In this document: piece after piece, positions 57,916-64,000 of the stretch
Numbering within the stretch: the stretch's first letter is position 1
Layout of the letters: the number at the start of each line of letters is the position of its first letter
DNA from: Amoebidium appalachense
Lineage: Eukaryota; Protista; Ichthyosporea
DNA: 64,000 nucleotides
NCBI GenBank assembly: GCA_963693365.1
Contig: CAVNZM010000014.1
Coordinates: 62,001-126,000, forward strand
Direction: 5' to 3'
Notes under the pieces: generated by a model
The model's database searches: none
What the model was told of the DNA's origin: nothing
The model's input: only the letters and a program-made list of their open reading frames with translations
Program-made: the position numbers and the translations under genes

Positions 57916-59038
57916 TTAAACCCTCTCCCACCATCATACCGATACTACACCAACCCTATTTTCCCCCTGTATGTACACATATTTCTTTAAGGCGGGCTCT
58001 AACCCTTTTCATTTGGGTCTTAGCCAGCACCATTACCGTAGGTGGGTACCGGGCCCAAGAGACCTATGATGTGCCTACTTTCCAGACTGAGCCCGTCAGA
58101 CAGACATGGCAGAACGATTGAGCGGTACACACTACTACATAATAAGGATAGGGGGGGCTTGCTCTAGCTACATTTCATATTGAGATGGTCTAAGGGTCCG
58201 GTACGGTGCCATGTCGTGTAGTGTGTTGTGGTGGCTGCTATGTCTGTATATGGGTTGTGGGTTACCGTGTGTGTGTGCATTTACCGCAAACTAATACATA
58301 GTGTGTGTGTGTGTGTGTTGTGTGTGTGTGTGTGTGTGTGTGTCACGGTATTGGGGGGGGGGGGGTTGGAGGAGGGGGGGGGGGGGGGGGGTTGGAAGGT
58401 GGGGGGAGGAAGGGGGGAGGGGGGTGTGGGATTGTTCTACTAGTAGGTGTTGTGCCTGGTTTCTTTCTGCGGGTGGACGTTTTGGTCTTTTGGGCTTTGT
58501 GCTTAGGTTGGGTATTTAGACTTAATATGATGCTATAACATATACGGACACATCGGATTGGCCAATAGGGTGTCCCGGGCCCGTGGGGGCTGGGCCTAGG
58601 GTTGGTAGTACCAGGGTGATCTCACCGCGCGCACGGGGGGAGGGGAGGGGGGGGGGGGGGGGAGGGGGGGGGATGCATGCCCATGAGCAGTTAAGTATTA
58701 TCTTTATCTGATGCTCTTATGTAAAGACGTAGATACACACACGGTGATACACACACGGTGATACACACACGGTGATACACACCCACGCTCTCCTACGTGC
58801 ACGTCCACACACACGCACACAATTGCACATAATCTGGCATGTGTGTGCATTCCCCCCCGTCCCCCCTTTCCCCCTCCCCTTCCCCCCTCCTCCTCCTTCT
58901 CTGCCGGGAACTTCTCCTGGGGGTAGGTGTGTGTGTGTGGAAGGTACGGAAGGGGCAGCCAGGAATTGAACGGAACAGGGGTGGGTGGCCATGGGAGTGG
59001 GGATGGGGGTGGGTAGATGGGTGGGGGTAATTTGGGGG

Positions 59039-59069
<31 letters not shown>

Positions 59070-59528
59070 AGGGGGGGGGGGGGGGGGGGGGTGTAGTTGT
59101 CCATTAAATTAAGTTAAGCCCCAGCCTCAGTAGGCCCTAGAATCTTTATTTTTTCTAGAATTTTAGTACTATTAATTTCTGTTAGCAATGAATTATCCGA
59201 CGATAAATCCGGAGCGACACCTGTAAGAACCGCACAAATACCAGTATTTGGGACACACAGTGCTAATGAACCACCACCGTTATATATAACAATACCGTCG
59301 GCATTCACACGTATAAATGAGCATACACGGGATAATCTGGTTCATAATGTTGACTTTTTTTTGTTGCTGTTGTGATGGCGTTATGGATGGTGAGTAATTC
59401 AACCGGGTATCAATGCCTACTGTGACGATAGCAGTGACACGAACATGCACGCATAAACACGTACATCATAGCACATCTACACACAACCATAACACACATT
59501 CCCGCCCTACACGTACACACCCACAGGC

Positions 59529-59562
<34 letters not shown>

Positions 59563-59569
59563 TCCTCCC

Positions 59570-59606
<37 letters not shown>

Positions 59607-59802
59607 CCCCCCCCACGCATGGAAATGCACAACACATTTCTCAAGTAAGTGAAAAAGCGCAACTACTATTAATCCAATCAGATAGCACAAAGTAATAGTT
59701 AGGTATGTCGCGCATTTCAACGGTGAACATACGCAATTAAAAGGCATGTCACCTCATAATATAGCCATTTTTCAGTGGAGGCGGCGTGCTGGGGGGAGTG
59801 GG

Positions 59803-59837
<35 letters not shown>

Positions 59838-62699
59838 GGGGGGGATATGACGATATCAAAAGCCTTCAAACCCACCGTTGCTTATTACTACTGTAATACC
59901 ATTACTGGGATATGTCGGTGTAGATCCACAAGGGGAGACTCTAAAAGGATTGGGTGGGTGTGAGAGGTGTGTGGTTGGGTGGGTGGGTGCATGTGGGTGG
60001 TGGTGGTGGTGGTCACGCGGGGGGAGAGGGGTTGGCCGTAGGGCAGTAGTAGCTGGCACTTGCGGACGGTCACGGAGAATGTTGGGGGGGGGGGAAAGTG
60101 AGGGTTCACGTTGCTGAGCAAACAGGAGGGTAAGAGAAAGGGTCCATGGAGTCAGTCCACACGGGAAAGGCGTGAGTGTAAATGTGCGTTAATGCCCTGA
60201 CAGTGTAGGTCTACGTGCTTGTGATTCTCTCACTCTCTTTCTCTTCTCCATACTCCCCTTCCCCTTCCCCTTCCCCCACACTCCCCCTCCTCTCTCGTTT
60301 GTGTAAATTTGTGTGTATGTGTGTGCATATGAGTTTGTGGGGGGGAGGGGGGAGGTGGGGAGGCGGGGAGGGGCAATTCTTAGCAGCTGGTCATGGGCAA
60401 TTCACATCATGACACGCACTGATGCACACAAACACGTCCACCTCCCATGCAGGGGTTGACGTCGGTTCACCCACCCTCCTTCCTCTTTCTTACATACACA
60501 AACTCTCCAAGTCCACATGGAATACCAAGCTACAAACTACGAGCTGCTTTGACCCACACTCCCACGTGCTTGAGCACAACCCCCAGCCACCACAACAAGC
60601 ACAAACAATACGCCATTGCCATGCTGTAGAAACACACCAACTACAACAACCGAATGAGAGGATCTCCGGACAGGTTTGCTGCAGGCAGGATCTGTGCAAT
60701 GGACATTTTAAACGGGTCCTGAGCCCTCCGGCAATCCGTGTGTGCACAAGAAAAGTAACAGTAAAAGAGCATAAAGCAGCATTCACCCGTAACAGGCAAA
60801 GCAGAGCAATCGCTCCATTATTGCTGATGCCATACCTCGAATTCGCTGCTGGCGTATTGTTTTTATTATAATACGTTATGTTTTGGATGACGGGCACCAT
60901 TTGCACAATTACGTTTACTAGCAGTTATCAGAGGTTTTGTCTCTATGTGTGCTCCTGGGTTCCAAGCTGGTGCAAGCAGAGGTTGGGGCCAGCCACACAC
61001 AGACGGTCTTAAACTCATGCTAAGGTGTACTTCTATATATGCATTCGTGGCTTGCTTCGTTCTTTTTTAAAGGCACACACAGTGCCCAGAAGAAAGAAGT
61101 AAGGGGGGATAAAAATATCGTTAAGTTGAGAAACATAGGAGGCTTTTGCGTTTTAAAAAAATAGCTACACAGTTTATATTGTGTTGTATCTGTTACTCTG
61201 CGTTCGCTTGAAAGCAACTCATGTTCAGACAGATAAAACGCAAAAAATAACCGAAAAGGAACGAAGCAGTGATACAGCTTTTTGTAACCAACTTATAAGT
61301 TGTCACGACGTGGGGTGATCTGGCTACAGTTCAGATATTTATAGGTCTCGACCATAGCTTTACGGATATATGATTGGTTGCGGGAAACCCAGCTCTTCAA
61401 AGATCAGCCGGAAATAATGAAAAATCAGTATATTTGGATGTAAATCGAAAATTGGGGTGTTTTTTCTTCGCATGGACTTGAAATGTGGAATATGATAACA
61501 AATTGCAAGATCTATCAAAAAAGGTTTGCAGATTGAGTGCTATTCAGTCCAACGCTTGGTAGAATCCCGGGTTTGGCCAGACTGTTATCTGCGGTAATGT
61601 CTGGTGATCAGGTGACGGCCGGGAACTTCGCCAATGCAAGTGATATAATTCTTGCTCACAAGCTGAAATACTGCTTGTAGGGCATTGTTCGTGTGTAGAA
61701 AACTTTATGGATAATAAGCAGTTGCACGTCTACGCTGTACTATTGATGCCGCCGCAGCCATCTAGGAAGGCTTGGTCACCACTGCCAATGCTATATTTTA
61801 TGACACCTATGTACAATATACCATAACCACGTCGCCAGTGCTTGGCACTGGCACTCGCCAGTGTCAGATCGCACGGCCATTTATATGAAACATCGTCAGA
61901 TCGCAAGAGTGTAATCTTGGGCACTGCTTGCCCGTAGTCTTGCCCGGATATGAGGGAGAAGAATGGAATGCTTCAGAGCCCAAATAATTGCTTTAAGGGG
62001 GTCTAAAAAAAAACGCCTTCGATCAACAAAGAAAATAAAAGCCTCGATTTTGTATAGAGCTGGTTTGTGCTTATTATCAAACCTGAAAATATAAAATAAA
62101 CTATAGGGTATTATAGTAAAATATTGCCTGTCGGTTGGTTCGGGAAAAACAAAAGACTTGCAAGTTCTAAATTTTTGGCCCAAGAACAAACGTCTCAGGG
62201 CATCATCGACCCCCCCACCATAAATTTCACTGACAATAGTCATCAACCCATATTTGGGCATTGGTTTCCAAACATTCCATGATTACAATAAACGACATAT
62301 GGACTCGACAGCCCGCGTGCACATTCCCTTGAGATTGCAATACTATGCATGCATTTGTATTCGTTCACTGAGTTGCGTGTGGTAACTGCAAAAGTGCAAA
62401 GTGCAAAATTGTTTTACCTTTCTGAAGTCACTTTTTTTTTCCGAAGCCACAACACAGTAAGGCTGCTAGTTTACAGACGACCCGTCAAGGCCTACCTGTA
62501 TTGATACGAGGGATCATAAGTTGGTAACCTTGATCACGTGCGTCGAAAGCGTGCTTCCTTTTTACCAGCCACGGTCAGGTCAGCACGGCACTGCCTTACG
62601 TATACCCCTGCGACCTGCCAAATACACGCGCAGAGCACTATCTTCGTCCCTTGGCAATACGACCACGCTTGGTGATCTCTAACAGGCAGTTCCGTACCC

Positions 62700-62702
62700 T
62701 CC

Positions 62703-62742
<40 letters not shown>

Positions 62743-63371
62743 ACCAAACCAAACCCACTTAACCCCCGCACCCCACCTCAGACCTCATTCCCAAACGTAA
62801 GCAGTGCGTCAGGAAATTCTTCTACCTCAAGATCCCCCCCCCTCCCCCCCCCCCCCCCCTCTCCCCCCCCCCCCCTCCTCCCCCCCCCCCCCTCCCTCCC
62901 CCCCCCCCCCCCAATCTTTCACCTCCCCTCCCCCCCTACCCCCAAACTGACTCTCCAGAAGCCCTTCCCAATCTCCCCCCTATTTCTCCAGTTCCTCTTA
63001 TTTCTCTCCTTCTCCCTCCCTTCCCTCCCTCCCTCTTCCCCCCCTCCCCCCCTCCCCCCCCCCCCGCCGCCCTTCCTTCCCTCCTTGTTTGCCCTCCCCC
63101 CCTCTCCCCTTCCCTGCCTCCATTCTTCACCTTCTCTCTCTTTCCCGAGGCTCGCTCCCTCTCTTCCGCTTCTTCCCCCCTTCCCCCCCCCCCCCTCTCC
63201 CCCCCCCCCCCCCCCCCCCCTCCCCCCTCCCCTCCCTCGAGCTCCCTCTCTCTTCCTCTCTCTCTCTCGGCTCTCTCTCTCGCTCTCTCTCTCCTCTCCC
63301 CTGCCCCCTCTCTCCTCTCTCTCTCTCGGCTCTCTCTCTCGCTCTATCTCCCTCTTCCCCGCCCCCTCTCG

Positions 63372-63411
<40 letters not shown>

Positions 63412-63428
63412 CCCCCCCCCCCCCCCCC

Positions 63429-63463
<35 letters not shown>

Positions 63464-64000
63464 GTCTCTCTCCCTCTCTCTCTCTTTCCAGCTCCCTCTA
63501 TCTTTCTCTCTTACTCTCCCCCCCCCCCCCCCCCCCCCCCCCTCCACCCCCCACCCCTCCTGCTTCCCCCTCCCCCCCCCCCCCCCCCCCCCCCCAACCT
63601 GTCTTTCACGTAACCCTCACTCTCTCGCACCCTCTTGTCTCTCTCTCTTTTCCCCTCCGGCCCCCCTGCTTAACCCCAGCCCTCCCCCCCCCCCCTCCCT
63701 ACCATTCCCACATCTCGTTCCACCCTGTTCCTCAACCTTTCCAATACTCCCCCCCCCCCCCACCCTTTCTCCCGCCCCAGCCACCACCACCACCCCAACC
63801 CCACTCCCCCCCCCCCCCCCCCTCCCCCCACAGTTCAACTTCCCTTTTCCGTCGCCTCTTCCCCATTTTTTTTTGTTTCCTACTCGCTTTTTTTCTCCCT
63901 TTCTCGCTTTCGCCCTTTCCAGTCCCACCAGCTTTTTTGCAGCCCAAGTCTTTGCATACCATACCACATGCCTTTGTTTGTTTTTGTGCCATTTATCTAT
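62700..64000. repeat. Low-complexity polypyrimidine block (poly-C, (CT)n)
   Basis: Directly visible; no credible coding signal. Confidence 0.9.

Overview
Eukaryotic, intron-rich genomic DNA with GC-rich exons. Introns and intergenic DNA are saturated with poly-G/poly-C, (CA)n/(GT)n and (CT)n tracts, and these tracts produce almost all of the low-complexity ORFs in the supplied track. A complete animal-type talin together with an Argonaute and a secreted GDSL esterase suggests a unicellular holozoan, possibly an ichthyosporean (inference). Gene models spliced by hand: the last two exons of an Argonaute (+), a 5-exon GDSL/SGNH esterase (-), FKBP25/FKBP3 (-), a 6-exon atypical Ser/Thr kinase (+), a 23-coding-exon talin of 2535 aa (+), and two disrupted multi-exon orphan genes. 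The most interesting signals are not protein-coding: (1) a TATA/CCAAT-driven, apparently spliced locus with no credible ORF at about 12.1-13.3 kb that folds into many G:U-containing helices; (2) a 5'-truncated Penelope-like RT fragment plus a family of short 3'-coterminal elements that sit in poly-C tracts and carry a conserved stem-loop with a CUGANGA-like loop; (3) a 38-bp hairpin whose six mismatches are all G:U pairs on the minus strand (pre-miRNA-like). All structures and homologies were read by eye, with no database search or folding program.
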